From Selaginella moellendorffii (Eukaryota; Plantae; Lycopodiophyta), in NCBI RefSeq assembly GCF_000143415.4, contig NW_003314421.1, positions 6,365-66,405 on the forward strand: a stretch of DNA of 60,041 nt, read 5' to 3'. Of this stretch, positions 60,027-60,041 are shown piece by piece (position 1 is the stretch's first letter; each line of letters begins with the position of its first letter). The notes beneath the pieces were generated by a model that was not told where the DNA came from, made no database searches, and saw only the letters and a list, made by a program, of their open reading frames with translations. A program made the position numbers and the translations under genes.

Positions 60027-60041
60027 TATTCCTTTACTAAG

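Larger units (their letters stand above)
45380..60041 (+). mobile_element. Sola-like DNA transposon copy 3 (right end beyond the window)
   Basis: Same TIR at 45380-45403, preceded by ATCA (predicted TSD); colinear with copy 2. Confidence 0.92.

Overview
This is a eukaryotic, land-plant-like window made almost entirely of nested transposable elements. The (CCCTAAA)n telomere motif, ~50-nt GT-AG introns and chromoviruses suggest a Selaginella-type compact genome, which is inference only. (1) There are three copies of a ~14-kb TIR DNA transposon. The complete copy is 19860-33830, with 24-bp TIRs and a 4-bp ATAA TSD. It carries a Sola1-like DDD transposase and a divergent 11-exon cargo gene (~1,630 aa) that reads as a ParB-like domain, a degenerate DNA-methyltransferase-like domain, an acidic linker and an FCP1/NIF-type HAD phosphatase. 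Roughly 30 copies of a 22-bp palindrome (ATGGCRTG-N6-CAYGCCAT) are scattered through it, mostly in introns and intergenic DNA. The leading hypothesis is a ParB/parS-like, sequence-specific self-recognition or anti-silencing system. (2) There are three Ty3/gypsy chromoviruses from two families. Both copies of one family carry two sense-strand spliceosomal-type introns inside integrase, and one copy has an inverted LTR. (3) Degenerate retroelement debris occupies 40.2-45.4 kb. Every TE gene copy carries disabling lesions. Domain calls come from motif recognition by eye, not from database searches.
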